From positions 76,993-140,992 of IMG/VR virus record IMGVR_UViG_2852743531_000003: a DNA stretch of 64,000 nucleotides; one strand, given 5' to 3'. Below are positions 41,500-51,573 of the stretch, piece by piece. Under the pieces are notes generated by a model. That model had not been told where the DNA came from and ran no database searches. It worked only from the letters and a program-made list of their open reading frames with translations. The stretch's first letter is position 1; every line of letters starts with the position of its first letter. A program made the position numbers and the translations under genes. This stretch comes from a virus (taxonomy: Duplodnaviria; Caudoviricetes).

Positions 41500-42188
41500 A
41501 CATCGAACCGCAAGAACCGGGCGGTGTGCCGGCTCCCGTTGCCTACGGCGACCCGCGTCGCCTTAACAGCAACGGAGGAAGCCCCTGTACCGATGGCCAG
41601 TTACGGCCCGATGCCCCCATACCGGCGCGGGTCGAGAGTTGCGTGCGGCGCCTCGAGCGCGCGATCTACGGTGCCATGATGTTCGACCAGCACGAGTACC
41701 TCGAGCATCGGCGATTGCCTCATACCCTCCGGACCTGGGAAGTCCGTACCACACCCTGGCTGCTCGAGGATGGCTACATCCTCGCGCTGACCGATTTTCC
41801 CGTGGCAACGGAGACCTGCTGCGTTGTCGCCTTTACGCCAGTCTACGCGGATGGGCGCACGGCAATGGACCGGAGCACGCAAACCGATGCGATGTCGCTG
41901 GAAGTCGTGGACTACGAGGTGTTCACTTATCAGGAGCGGGGCCACACCGCGTATGAAAACGCCCGCATGATTCTTCACCCGCGTTACCTCGCCGAACTCA
42001 GACGGCAGGCCTTTGCACTGAAGCTTCAGTACATCCAGTTTTTCTACTTCACCCAGCTCATTCCGAAAGTTCGCGAAGCCTTCGAGGATCCTGAAGGCCA
42101 TCTCGAAAGGATTCTTGAACGATTGCGCGAGGTATCCCGCGCGGGATCGTCACCGGATCAGCCAACGCCCGTCGGCGGCGCAGGATGA
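41496..42188 (+). CDS. hypothetical phage protein
   Basis: ATGA coupling to upstream gene. Confidence 0.55.
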   Translation: MNIEPQEPGGVPAPVAYGDPRRLNSNGGSPCTDGQLRPDAPIPARVESCVRRLERAIYGAMMFDQHEYLEHRRLPHTLRTWEVRTTPWLLEDGYILALTDFPVATETCCVVAFTPVYADGRTAMDRSTQTDAMSLEVVDYEVFTYQERGHTAYENARMILHPRYLAELRRQAFALKLQYIQFFYFTQLIPKVREAFEDPEGHLERILERLREVSRAGSSPDQPTPVGGAG

Positions 42189-42231
42189 ATGGCGCGGGTA
42201 TCGATCCGGGCCGGACGTCCATTCCCCCATC

Positions 42232-42834
42232 ATGAAACCATCTACTGAAACCCCCGCTTCACCCGACGCCCACCCGGGTGACTTCATCAATACGGTGGCG
42301 CAGAACCTGCATGAGATCGCCAGCCAGGACGTCGCCAAACTGCCCGAGGACCAGTTCGTCCACGTTTTTCTGCCGCTGCTCGCACGCGATGCCGAACTGC
42401 CGTATCCCGTCACCATGGCCGACTGGATCTCCATTGCCGGTGGCCCCTGCAAGCCGGTCGACGTGTTCGACAACGCAACGGGCCAGACGCTGTTTCGCGT
42501 CCCCCCCTTCCTCGACTACCACGGCATCAATCCCGTCAGGGACATCCACAACCGCGCTGCTGGCCAGGCCGCCTTCACCGACATCGTCGCGACTGCCGCG
42601 AAACTTGCGGGACTGCACCCGAATCAGGCGAAGGCGTTTATCGAGCAGTCACTACGTGAGCGCGCCAGTTTCATGAACAACACCGCGGTGCTCGCGCTCC
42701 ATGTTCTTCAGTGGAACGCCATTCTCGGGCGCTACGGTCGCGAACCGTTGTACGCCGAATCAGAAAAGGCGGCCGGCGCTGCGCTCGCCGCTAAGGGCGG
42801 CCCCGTTACTCCCGACGTGTATGAGGACTTCTGA
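42232..42834 (+). CDS. conserved phiKZ-like protein
   Basis: LPE..F...FLP, W.SIAG.P...VDV, LF.VPP, W..I..RYG segments; overlaps the nuclease start. Confidence 0.6.
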   Translation: MKPSTETPASPDAHPGDFINTVAQNLHEIASQDVAKLPEDQFVHVFLPLLARDAELPYPVTMADWISIAGGPCKPVDVFDNATGQTLFRVPPFLDYHGINPVRDIHNRAAGQAAFTDIVATAAKLAGLHPNQAKAFIEQSLRERASFMNNTAVLALHVLQWNAILGRYGREPLYAESEKAAGAALAAKGGPVTPDVYEDF

Positions 42835-43936
42835 TATCCATCTCGCGGTTGCCAGCGACATCCATCTCGGCAACCGGCGCACGCCTACGCAAGGCATCCT
42901 GCGCAACCTGCGGGCCGCCTTCCCCGATAACGAAGAAACGGCACAGCTGGACGTGATCTGTCTGGCAGGCGATGTCTTTGACACCCTCTTCCCGCTCAAC
43001 GATGAAGATGTGCCGCAGATCGACTTCTGGATCCGCGATCTGCTGCTGCTCTGCAAAAAGCACGACATCATCCTGTACGTGCTGGAGGGTACACGCAGTC
43101 ACGACTGGGAGCAGTCGGCACGCTTTGTCACGATCAATGAGATCGCCGGCATCAACGCCAGACTCAGATATGTGCGCGAGATCAGCATCGAGTATGAACC
43201 AGCTCTCGATCTCTGGATCGGGTTCGTACCAGATGAGGCCACGCCCGACACCGACAGGACGCTCAGCGAATTCCGCAGCCTGATGAAGGCAAAGGGGATC
43301 GGGAAGGTCGACCTGATGTTCATGCATGGTCACTTCGAGTTCCAGCTTCCGGCGGCCGCGCGCGTACCGAAACACGATTCAGCCGCGTGGCTGGCGATTA
43401 CACGTTATCTGGCGTTCATTGGTCACAACCACCGGCATTCATCCTTCGACCGCATCTACGCGCAGGGCTCCTTCGACCGGTACTCACACGGACACGAAGA
43501 GCCGAAAGGTCACCTGAGGGCGGTGTTGCATACCTCGGGAGACCATGAAGTCACCTTTATCGAAAATACCGGCGCGCGTCTGTACATCACGATCGACTGC
43601 ACCGACCTTGATGTGGAAGCCGCATTACGCGCAATTGACGGGCGTGTTCGCGAGCTGCCAGAACATTCTGCGGTTCGCATCCAGGCCATGCATGACCATC
43701 CACTGCTCGCAGACATGGACGCGCTCATCAGGCTTTATCCGTTCTTCAGCTGGAGCAAGCTTCCGGTTCGTCCCGACGAGGAAGAGCGCAAGGCTTACGA
43801 CGACAGCGAGGTCTTTGAACCCGTCACCATTCATGCCGGCAACATCCTGCAGCTGCTCACGGAACGCATGATCGCCTCGGGCGTGAGTCCAACGGTCGTC
43901 GCCGTCGCACAACAGAAAATCCAGGAGGCTATGTGA
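42821..43936 (+). CDS. SbcD/Mre11-like metallophosphoesterase nuclease (gp65-like)
   Basis: SDIH, GDVFD, GT.SHD, MHG, GHNH, GSFDR motifs. Confidence 0.85.
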   Translation: MRTSDIHLAVASDIHLGNRRTPTQGILRNLRAAFPDNEETAQLDVICLAGDVFDTLFPLNDEDVPQIDFWIRDLLLLCKKHDIILYVLEGTRSHDWEQSARFVTINEIAGINARLRYVREISIEYEPALDLWIGFVPDEATPDTDRTLSEFRSLMKAKGIGKVDLMFMHGHFEFQLPAAARVPKHDSAAWLAITRYLAFIGHNHRHSSFDRIYAQGSFDRYSHGHEEPKGHLRAVLHTSGDHEVTFIENTGARLYITIDCTDLDVEAALRAIDGRVRELPEHSAVRIQAMHDHPLLADMDALIRLYPFFSWSKLPVRPDEEERKAYDDSEVFEPVTIHAGNILQLLTERMIASGVSPTVVAVAQQKIQEAM

Positions 43937-44835
43937 TGTCCGCCACCGCTGGCCTCACCGCCCGTGCCATGGGCTATTTCCCGCTCTCCGTTGGCACGTC
44001 TCTCGCACTCGAAGGCGCGTTCGGCATTCATCCTGACCACCAGGAGTCTCCGGCGCCAATCCTTCGTTATGACGAACTCTGGTGCAACCTGAAGACGCTC
44101 TTGCGCAACTGCATGGGCGCGCTGGATAAAACGACGGCAGGCGCCGTGTTTCCCGACGAGCTGGCATGGACACTTCAGGAAGAGCTCAGCCAGCTTTCGG
44201 AGCTCGTCGCCGAAGCCACACAGAACCGTTGCAGGACCGTGTACTACGTAAGCAATTACGCGGGGCTCGCGCAGAAATATCCCTTCGCTACGTTGCGCAC
44301 GGATTCGACCGCACGCCAGAAGCAGTATGCCGCGATCCAGAAAGACACTATCGCCCTCATGCTGAAGACAGCACGGGCGCAGGAACGACAGGAGGATGAG
44401 CAGCGGCATGACCGGATCGCTGTCTTTGATCTTAAGCTTGCGCCAGCGACTCCGGATCCCAAATCATCGTCGCCAAAAATCCTGCTGCTGACCCACTACG
44501 CCTACGACCTCTTCTCCGCGAAGCGCTTCAGGGAAATGACGCTGCTCGAGTCACATACCGGGCGGCTCAAGGAGAAAGCCCTCTGGCACACCAAGTACGC
44601 CCAGGGGCGCGAGCTCACGATGATCCCCTTTCGCGAGGATCTCATCCAGGTGTTCGGCGATTCGGAACTCTTTGCTCCCATGCGTCTGGAACTTCGACGC
44701 GAACTGCTGCAGATCGCACAGAAAATGCAGTGGAACCCGACCACCACCTTCGAGCGCATCGCGCTCGGCGTGGATCTCATGAAAAACCCCTATGCCCGCG
44801 AAGTCCTGAAGAAGATCATTTCCAGCCGCTACTAG
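43936..44835 (+). CDS. conserved phiKZ-like protein (gp66 position)
   Basis: PLS.GTSLALE, NL.TL.RN, LTH...DL, LLESHTG, W.TK segments. Confidence 0.6.
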   Translation: MSATAGLTARAMGYFPLSVGTSLALEGAFGIHPDHQESPAPILRYDELWCNLKTLLRNCMGALDKTTAGAVFPDELAWTLQEELSQLSELVAEATQNRCRTVYYVSNYAGLAQKYPFATLRTDSTARQKQYAAIQKDTIALMLKTARAQERQEDEQRHDRIAVFDLKLAPATPDPKSSSPKILLLTHYAYDLFSAKRFREMTLLESHTGRLKEKALWHTKYAQGRELTMIPFREDLIQVFGDSELFAPMRLELRRELLQIAQKMQWNPTTTFERIALGVDLMKNPYAREVLKKIISSRY

Positions 44836-44923
44836 ATCACGCGATCAGCGACACGGAAATTTTTATTGAACGCGGCCATGCTGTGTCATGCGACCGTGCC
44901 AATCCAACCATTGAGGATTCCCC

Positions 44924-45607
44924 ATGCCTGAAAACCGCAAGGCGCGCAGCAAAACCATACTCGACAGCCGCCGGCTCATGCTTTCCGCACCGCTTCAGGG
45001 CAAGACCGGCAATGACGGCAAGAAGATCTGGGCGTCACTGTATGTCACTGTGTTTGCCAATACACCGTTCATCACGGTGTTTACCAATGATCCCGATGAT
45101 CGCGATAACGATGGCGGGCGTATCAGCGCCGAAATTTCGCCGGTCGAATTCATTGGCACGCTCATCGACTTCGAACGGGTGATCGCCGGACCCGATGGCA
45201 AGGAAAACAAACGCCAGCTTTGCAACGTCGAGCGTGACCGCAATCCGGCCCAGGGCGAGAAGCCCGCGGTACGCTCTGCATTCTGCTACGGCAAGGATGA
45301 GGACGGAATCGTCTGGGTTGCGCTGTCGGCCAAAGGGCGGCCCAATATCCGGTTCGATTTCGGTTACAGCCGCTATCACTTCCTGCAGCACAAGGCCGGC
45401 GAGCAGTACAGCAAGGCAGAGGCATCCCAGCTCTTTGCGCTCGGCTGGATACATCTCGTTCGACAGTTCGTCACCGACCTGATGCGAACGGAGTACGAAC
45501 ATCCGCAACCCCAGAACGATGGTGGTGGCAAAAATAACAGGGGCCGGGCTTCAACTTCTGCAAAGTCCCACTATGCTGAAGTTGAGGAGGACGATATTCC
45601 CTATTAG
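44924..45607 (+). CDS. conserved protein (gp67 position) with SSB-like acidic tail
   Basis: GAGG RBS; ends EEDDIPY. Confidence 0.6.
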   Translation: MPENRKARSKTILDSRRLMLSAPLQGKTGNDGKKIWASLYVTVFANTPFITVFTNDPDDRDNDGGRISAEISPVEFIGTLIDFERVIAGPDGKENKRQLCNVERDRNPAQGEKPAVRSAFCYGKDEDGIVWVALSAKGRPNIRFDFGYSRYHFLQHKAGEQYSKAEASQLFALGWIHLVRQFVTDLMRTEYEHPQPQNDGGGKNNRGRASTSAKSHYAEVEEDDIPY

Positions 45608-45823
45608 CGAGTCAGGAGTCGCCCCGCCTTCTGCATTGCCCGGATAACTTCCCTTGCGTCGCCATCGTCGGCAGCAGCCAGGACAGAACAACTCCGGCAG
45701 GTCAGTCAGACCGGGCTGACCTGCCCTATTCCCCCAACAGAACGAGCCCGACGAATCGAAACGAATCTGGGTGACATATCACTATCTTGCTGAAATGCCG
45801 ACGCGTTTTAAGGGAGATAGAAA

Positions 45824-47389
45824 TTGAAACTGCGAATCAGCAGAATCGGCCTGACTGACAACAATCTCACCGAGGTTGCACTGGAGCATGGTGGAGAGAG
45901 TCTCGAATGGAATATTTCTGAATTCAAGAACATCGTCAGGAATCTCGACTACGACGTTTTTGACCAGATCAACCAGTACTGGGCGAGGATGCCACCGGAG
46001 CGGCAGGACGAAGCTTACGCGGTATATGCGGAGATCCGTGATGTGTTCCGGGAGTGCTACGAAACACATGCCCTGACGCGCAGGCTGCATGCTCCGGTTG
46101 CCCGACTCTGCGAGTTGCATCCACTCGAAGATATCCGGCACTGGATTGCGTTTTACAGCAATCTTCGCTGCCCGGACGATGTGAAGGACGAGTTCGTGCC
46201 GTACGAGATGCCCGGCACGCGTGACGGTACCTATGTACGCGAGGAATATGAATGGCTCGTCGCTCTGTCGATTGCGCTGCGGGTGATCTTTCCCGTGTGG
46301 GGCGAATTCATCGCGCGCATCCGTGCCGAGGTGCCGACCGGCTGGAAGGAGTTCTACGCCTGGCAGCTACTCGCAGCTACCGGCCTCGGTCAGAGCCCCC
46401 CGATGGAGCGTCTGCGCGGTTACGTGGAGTACTGGTCGCGTGTCGGCGCGGGACGGCACGATGTCGAGAAGTCCGCGCACGTCTTCAGGGGCATCAGTAC
46501 CGAAGACTATCCGACGCTGCTCACGGCACTTGTGCTGGTGCGCAAACTCACCATTGCCGATGTGCGAGGGCTCGACACGTCGTCGAACCTCGTCTCCTGC
46601 GTATTCACCTTCATCAGGCACAAGACACGGCCCGGTTCGGAAGGAGGCTTTAACGCGATCATCAAGGAGAAGAAAGAAACCGAAACGTATGGTCAGGATA
46701 TCGAGAACCAGCAGTCGCGACTCGAGGCATGCAAGGAGAAGATGCCGGTCGCCGACGGCAAGATTGCGCCCATCAGGTATTACGCGCGCGACATGCGCCA
46801 CATCGCGCGGCAGATTGCACCAGACATGCCAGCCGATTGCCTGGAGATGTCGTTCGAGTCCGTGAAGGTGCTCGAGCACGTCAGGGAGCGCAAGGTCCAG
46901 ATGACCCTGACCATGTATGTCCTGCAGTACCGCAAGCAGTTGCAACCCCGCGCCCTCTTCCATTTGCCGCGCGCCTCGATCCTGCAGGCGTTCGCCGTCG
47001 CCCAGGCCGTGTACTGGCACAAGGGCTATCGCGAGCTGGCCGCGCTCGTGAGTGCGCTCCCGGTATCCGATGCCGACGTCATGTATCTCGGCAGCCTCGA
47101 GGCACGCTCAAAAATTCCGGCCGCCATGATCGCGGAACTGGAACGATGGTTTCCCTACCGGCGCATGCCGGGCGGCAAATCGAAAACAGCGCGTGTACCG
47201 ACCTGTGCCGAGCTGGCGATTGATGACGTGGTCAGGCAGCTCGGCGAAACCGGCTGGCGCCTGACCCTTCCCCCCGAATGGGTGGCCGAGCTCACCCGCA
47301 ATCCACGCGAACGGCATTACGCGGTGCCCGGCAACATCCGGATCAAACTCGCGCAACTCAGCATTGCGCTTGCATCAAGGAGCTTTTAA
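45824..47389 (+). CDS. nvRNAP promoter-specificity subunit (gp68-like)
   Basis: 521 aa, GGAG RBS with TTG start; F.QIN.YW, TY...EY.WL..LS, P.WGEF segments; synteny. Confidence 0.65.
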   Translation: MKLRISRIGLTDNNLTEVALEHGGESLEWNISEFKNIVRNLDYDVFDQINQYWARMPPERQDEAYAVYAEIRDVFRECYETHALTRRLHAPVARLCELHPLEDIRHWIAFYSNLRCPDDVKDEFVPYEMPGTRDGTYVREEYEWLVALSIALRVIFPVWGEFIARIRAEVPTGWKEFYAWQLLAATGLGQSPPMERLRGYVEYWSRVGAGRHDVEKSAHVFRGISTEDYPTLLTALVLVRKLTIADVRGLDTSSNLVSCVFTFIRHKTRPGSEGGFNAIIKEKKETETYGQDIENQQSRLEACKEKMPVADGKIAPIRYYARDMRHIARQIAPDMPADCLEMSFESVKVLEHVRERKVQMTLTMYVLQYRKQLQPRALFHLPRASILQAFAVAQAVYWHKGYRELAALVSALPVSDADVMYLGSLEARSKIPAAMIAELERWFPYRRMPGGKSKTARVPTCAELAIDDVVRQLGETGWRLTLPPEWVAELTRNPRERHYAVPGNIRIKLAQLSIALASRSF

Positions 47390-47392
47390 GTG

Positions 47393-48883
47393 ATGGACAT
47401 CCCAACCCGCATCGTCGTCCGGCGGCTGATCATCAGCCCGACGGGCACCTACAACACCCAGTACATGCGCCCCTACGACAACACGCTCCAGGGGCCGGGT
47501 CTCAATGCCATATGCGAAACGCTCTGCGGTGAGAACCGTTATACGCCGGCACGTCTTGCCGGCATCGCCAACCAGATCGTGTCGCCCGCAGCGACGCCCG
47601 AAAAGGCTATCGGCATCGTCAATGGCTGGGACGCCACACGCTGCCGGTATTTCATGGAAGTGGAATCACACAGCATGGGAGGCGCTGTGTCTGTCGTCAA
47701 GGTGCTCGGCTGGACCAACTACATGGGGATCGTCAACACGGGCAGCTGCCATATCGATCCCAACATGGAGTTCTATGTGAATTCCGTGGTCCAGGTTCGC
47801 GAATATATCGAGACCACCCCACTGGGCAACCAGCCTCATACCAACGTCGCGGAGAATGCGCACGTGCTGGTCGATCCGACGTACTTCGATGCGTATGTCA
47901 AAGAGAAGACGATGAGCATGCGGCCCGAGGACATGTACGCAACGATGAGTCTGAACCATCTGCACAACATGGGCGACACGCTCGACACACGCACGACACT
48001 GACGCGCGTACCGGTTGCGTCGACCCGGAGCAATTCCATTGCGGCGTTTTACGCGGCCGCAGTGCTCGACAACTACAAGAAGGCGGCGGACAGCAACAAC
48101 TTTGGCCTCCAGCCGGAAACCGAGGTACTCGATTCGGCACGCGGTTACGCGCAGGACAGCGTCCTGGCGCTCAACCCGTTTTTCCGCGCGATGCAGGAGT
48201 ATCGTGAGGGCATGCTCACGAACTTCTTTACCTGGAGTGACCTGTGCCGGCTCGACCCGGATGTGGTCCACAAGGTCAAGGCACTGGAACTGCCGGCCAG
48301 CACCCGTGTGCATCGCGTGGGTAGCGGCATGTCCCAGGACTGGGGGGGATCCGACCGGCTCACGCAGGTGGCGACGATCCTGGCCCAGTCCGTGCTAGCC
48401 CTGATGTCCGTGTACACACTGACCCGATTCGCCTTTACCGCTACCAATCGCCAGGTGTTTTCATCGAATGCGCCCAGCGGCGTGGACGGGCACTCCTCCA
48501 TCACGTTCATTCCGGGTGATGCAGAGAGTTTTTCGAGGCGCGATCTCTCGCCTTTCATCGAGCAGTTCAGGATCAACCTGGAGCACATGATCCTGAAGGA
48601 CGTGTCGCACAACAACCAGATCGACTTCTGGCTGGAGATGAGAATCAATCTGCTGGGCGAGACGTGGATAGATATCTCGCTCGACGGCGGCCCTGTCATC
48701 ACTTATGTGTCACCCAGCTTCGCCGATGCATTAATGGTGCCGGTCGTGACGACCCAGACCCATCTGGGCCAGCGGCTTGCCGGGGACTTCCACGAAATCT
48801 GCACGACCATCGCCAACTACGACGGCATGACCAGCACCCAGCCGGCAGCCATGCCCCAGAAGCCACGCTACGGGCTCATCTGA
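47393..48883 (+). CDS. putative phage-nucleus protein import factor (gp69, PicA/Imp1 position)
   Basis: ~497 aa directly after gp68-like gene; TGTY..QY.RPY, I.NGW...R..F, P.FAD.L..PV segments; assignment mainly positional. Confidence 0.55.
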   Translation: MDIPTRIVVRRLIISPTGTYNTQYMRPYDNTLQGPGLNAICETLCGENRYTPARLAGIANQIVSPAATPEKAIGIVNGWDATRCRYFMEVESHSMGGAVSVVKVLGWTNYMGIVNTGSCHIDPNMEFYVNSVVQVREYIETTPLGNQPHTNVAENAHVLVDPTYFDAYVKEKTMSMRPEDMYATMSLNHLHNMGDTLDTRTTLTRVPVASTRSNSIAAFYAAAVLDNYKKAADSNNFGLQPETEVLDSARGYAQDSVLALNPFFRAMQEYREGMLTNFFTWSDLCRLDPDVVHKVKALELPASTRVHRVGSGMSQDWGGSDRLTQVATILAQSVLALMSVYTLTRFAFTATNRQVFSSNAPSGVDGHSSITFIPGDAESFSRRDLSPFIEQFRINLEHMILKDVSHNNQIDFWLEMRINLLGETWIDISLDGGPVITYVSPSFADALMVPVVTTQTHLGQRLAGDFHEICTTIANYDGMTSTQPAAMPQKPRYGLI

Positions 48884-48956
48884 ATCCGGCCTGATCCCAA
48901 ACCAGAAACCTGACACTCACAGAGCGGGAGCGCGAGAAGCGCTCCCGATTCAATCC

Positions 48957-50324
48957 ATGACACCAACCCTGCTCGAAGTCTATCGACAACTGCTGAAAAC
49001 GGCGAATCTCACCGTCACCGCCGACAACATGATTTCCGGAACCATCCTCGCAGAAACGGAACCTGTTCTCGTCGAGGGAAAGCGGCTTGTGCTGCCCACC
49101 CCCGAATTTCAGGCGATGGACAAATCGGAGATCGTGCTCTTTCACCCGCTGAGCGAAATGATTACCCGGGGCAAATCTCCGGTACTGGAGAAGTTTCGTT
49201 CCCTGCTGATCTACCGTTTCAACGAAGTCGCAAGCGGTCATATCGTCAAGCTGCTGCGTATCGCGGTGGAGAAAGAGAATCACAAACACCTCACGCCAGA
49301 CCAGTCAGAATTCCTTTCGCTCGTCAAGCACGCCGACCAGAGCACGCGGGATCTCGCCAGCAAGGTTCTCGATGCCATGGAAGTGGGTCAGACCGCGCGC
49401 CAGATTGTCACCCTCTTCCTGAAGAAGACCGGTCTGGTTGCAGGCAAGAGTCACAAGCGCGTGGGCGTCGTGAGCTTTCCGCTATATGAGGAGCTGAAAA
49501 AGCCGGAGCATGACATCTGGGGGATCAAGTGCCGGGTGAAGGACAAGGAGACCCTCGCCGCGCTGCTGGAGTTCATCTTCCCCCGGATCGGCGAAGCGCA
49601 GGCGTACGATCGCGGCACGGACTCCGATATCGCACCCAACCTTCACGCGCTGATGCAGGCATCGCTTGGCATTATCCAGGCGCTCAACGACATCACCGAA
49701 AAGTTCGAGAGCCAGATCAGCACGCCCGAAGTCCCGGCGAGTGTTCATCTGATCGACGCCGACTGGCAGGAAACGTTCATGAATCTCGGGATGATGCAGG
49801 CGCAGATCTGGCGCGTTCCGCCGCAGGCAGGCAACGAGGGTGTCCCCTGGGACGAACCGGAGCCAGCTGCGTCCACCACGCAGGCGCCACAGCCGGCGGA
49901 TCATGCGCCTCGCCCGGTAGCCGCATCCGCACCCGGCGTACATGTTCCGCCGGCACGTGTGTCGCTTGACGAAGTGATGGCGCGCGGGGCATCTGCTGCA
50001 CAGTCTCAGGCGCAGCCCCAGCCCCAGCCCCAGCCACCGCAGTCTGATCTGCGCTATACCGACCGGGGCCTCGACTTCAGTTCCGTCATCCGTAGCAATC
50101 CCGCACTGGCCAGCGTCGAGCCGTTCGCACCGGTTCAGCCGCCACCACCGCCGCAAACGTCGGAATGGGCCCAGCGCGCCACGCTCGCGCTTAACCGTCA
50201 GTCGGTCTACCCGGGCAACTATCCCAGCAATTACCCGGGCACCTACCCTGCTGCCTGGCCCGGCAACCCCACCGGCCCGGGTCCATACGGCGGAGCGCCA
50301 GGCACAAGGCGCGGACTGATCTGA
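48957..50324 (+). CDS. conserved protein (gp70 position) with Pro/Gln-rich tail
   Basis: GKRLVLPT, FHPLSE...RG.S.V, R.GVVSFP.Y, GNEG; low-complexity C-terminus. Confidence 0.65.
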   Translation: MTPTLLEVYRQLLKTANLTVTADNMISGTILAETEPVLVEGKRLVLPTPEFQAMDKSEIVLFHPLSEMITRGKSPVLEKFRSLLIYRFNEVASGHIVKLLRIAVEKENHKHLTPDQSEFLSLVKHADQSTRDLASKVLDAMEVGQTARQIVTLFLKKTGLVAGKSHKRVGVVSFPLYEELKKPEHDIWGIKCRVKDKETLAALLEFIFPRIGEAQAYDRGTDSDIAPNLHALMQASLGIIQALNDITEKFESQISTPEVPASVHLIDADWQETFMNLGMMQAQIWRVPPQAGNEGVPWDEPEPAASTTQAPQPADHAPRPVAASAPGVHVPPARVSLDEVMARGASAAQSQAQPQPQPQPPQSDLRYTDRGLDFSSVIRSNPALASVEPFAPVQPPPPPQTSEWAQRATLALNRQSVYPGNYPSNYPGTYPAAWPGNPTGPGPYGGAPGTRRGLI

Positions 50325-50397
50325 GTCCGTAACGAGGATGGAGAGGGGAGCCCTTTCTCCATTTCTCCCTTGGAAGGATCTTTACGAAGGATAGCTA

Positions 50398-50646
50398 ATG
50401 ATAAAAATGCTGGATCGTGCCCAGGCTGAAGCCGCCTTCTCAGCCATGGTCGCGATGAACAACGTCTGCGGCACCGTTCACGTCCGCATGGGACTCAAGG
50501 ATGACGGCCACCTGCATGTTGCCGAGCACAGGGATGGCCGCGTTCACGTGTACATCCGGGGATCGACCAGCCGCTACCGCGTAGGTACCTCTGAATGCTA
50601 CACAAGCCAGAACGCCTTCGCGAAAGCCTACGGCCTTGAGGACTGA
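50398..50646 (+). CDS. small hypothetical protein
   Basis: AAGGA RBS. Confidence 0.5.
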   Translation: MIKMLDRAQAEAAFSAMVAMNNVCGTVHVRMGLKDDGHLHVAEHRDGRVHVYIRGSTSRYRVGTSECYTSQNAFAKAYGLED

Positions 50647-50692
50647 CCCCCTCCTCTTCCCAACAGCTTCATTTAACGAACAGGAACACAAG

Positions 50693-50950
50693 ATGAATGT
50701 AAGGCAATCCGACCCACGACTGACCCATTTCATCGTCGTGGACGGCGGCGAGTGGGGAAAGGGCACGACACTTCTGGCGGCAGCGAGTGCACGTCCGTAC
50801 TCGAAGGACAGACCCATAGGTCGTGCGGCACAGGCCTGGCGCGTTTGCGCGGACGCGCACATTACCGACGAAGGCCAGATCGCGTATCCCACGGGTCAGG
50901 CACGTCCCCTTCGTGTCGATGTCAGGACTGGAGAACCGGTCCCGGAATAA
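50693..50950 (+). CDS. small hypothetical protein
   Basis: AGGA RBS before ATG (MNVRQ) in ORF 50636..50950. Confidence 0.45.
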   Translation: MNVRQSDPRLTHFIVVDGGEWGKGTTLLAAASARPYSKDRPIGRAAQAWRVCADAHITDEGQIAYPTGQARPLRVDVRTGEPVPE

Positions 50951-51060
50951 GGAAGTCTGGCAGCCTCAGCCCCCTCTGCCAGGAGGGGGCGAGATGGACT
51001 AACCGCTCCTGGCGTTTGACCTGCAAGGCCCGTACTTCTTTTTTGGAAAAGGGAGTCCAG

Positions 51061-51456
51061 TCACGCAGTCATGACGCTGCTGGCCATATATGCCGAGCGT
51101 ATCTGCTCGATCACGTTTTGCGGAGGCAGAAGAAGTAGCGATGCACTCGCGCCAAATTCGGTGGGATCGGTGTAGTTGTTCATCCGCATCGCCACCCAGT
51201 GATACTGGGGTGCGATACCCAGGCTCTGGAGGAATCCGAACAGATCATGTTCGAAAGCCCAGTCCGAATCCTGGGCGGATACCGGGACGAGCTGCGTTGC
51301 CGGGTGTGCTCTGAGAAAGCCCATGTGGTCTTCGAGAACCCGACGAAATGCGTCGGTGTAATAGACGGCGGGGCCCGGATTCAACATGAGACTGCCTATT
51401 GGTGCAATCCGCACGACAGGCGTGATCGGGGTGGCCGATGCGGTCGACGCGGCCAT
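51061..51456 (-). CDS. conserved phiKZ-like small protein
   Basis: AAGGA RBS; YY...FR..LEDH, DL.G.L, HWV.MR.N....P..F segments. Confidence 0.6.
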   Translation of the reverse strand: MAASTASATPITPVVRIAPIGSLMLNPGPAVYYTDAFRRVLEDHMGFLRAHPATQLVPVSAQDSDWAFEHDLFGFLQSLGIAPQYHWVAMRMNNYTDPTEFGASASLLLLPPQNVIEQIRSAYMASSVMTA

Positions 51457-51488
51457 GGTGCAGATCCTTACGAAAAACGGTTGAGACC

Positions 51489-51503
51489 TATATCACTCAT
51501 CTG
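51489..51503 (+). promoter_or_regulatory. TATATCAC-N6-G promoter motif upstream of RNAP beta
   Basis: exact motif in the divergent intergenic region. Confidence 0.7.
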
Positions 51504-51573
51504 GAAGCCATTCAGGTCACAGGCCTGATGGCCTTGCCTGCTGGCTGGTGAATGCGTTTTTTGAGAGGTACCC

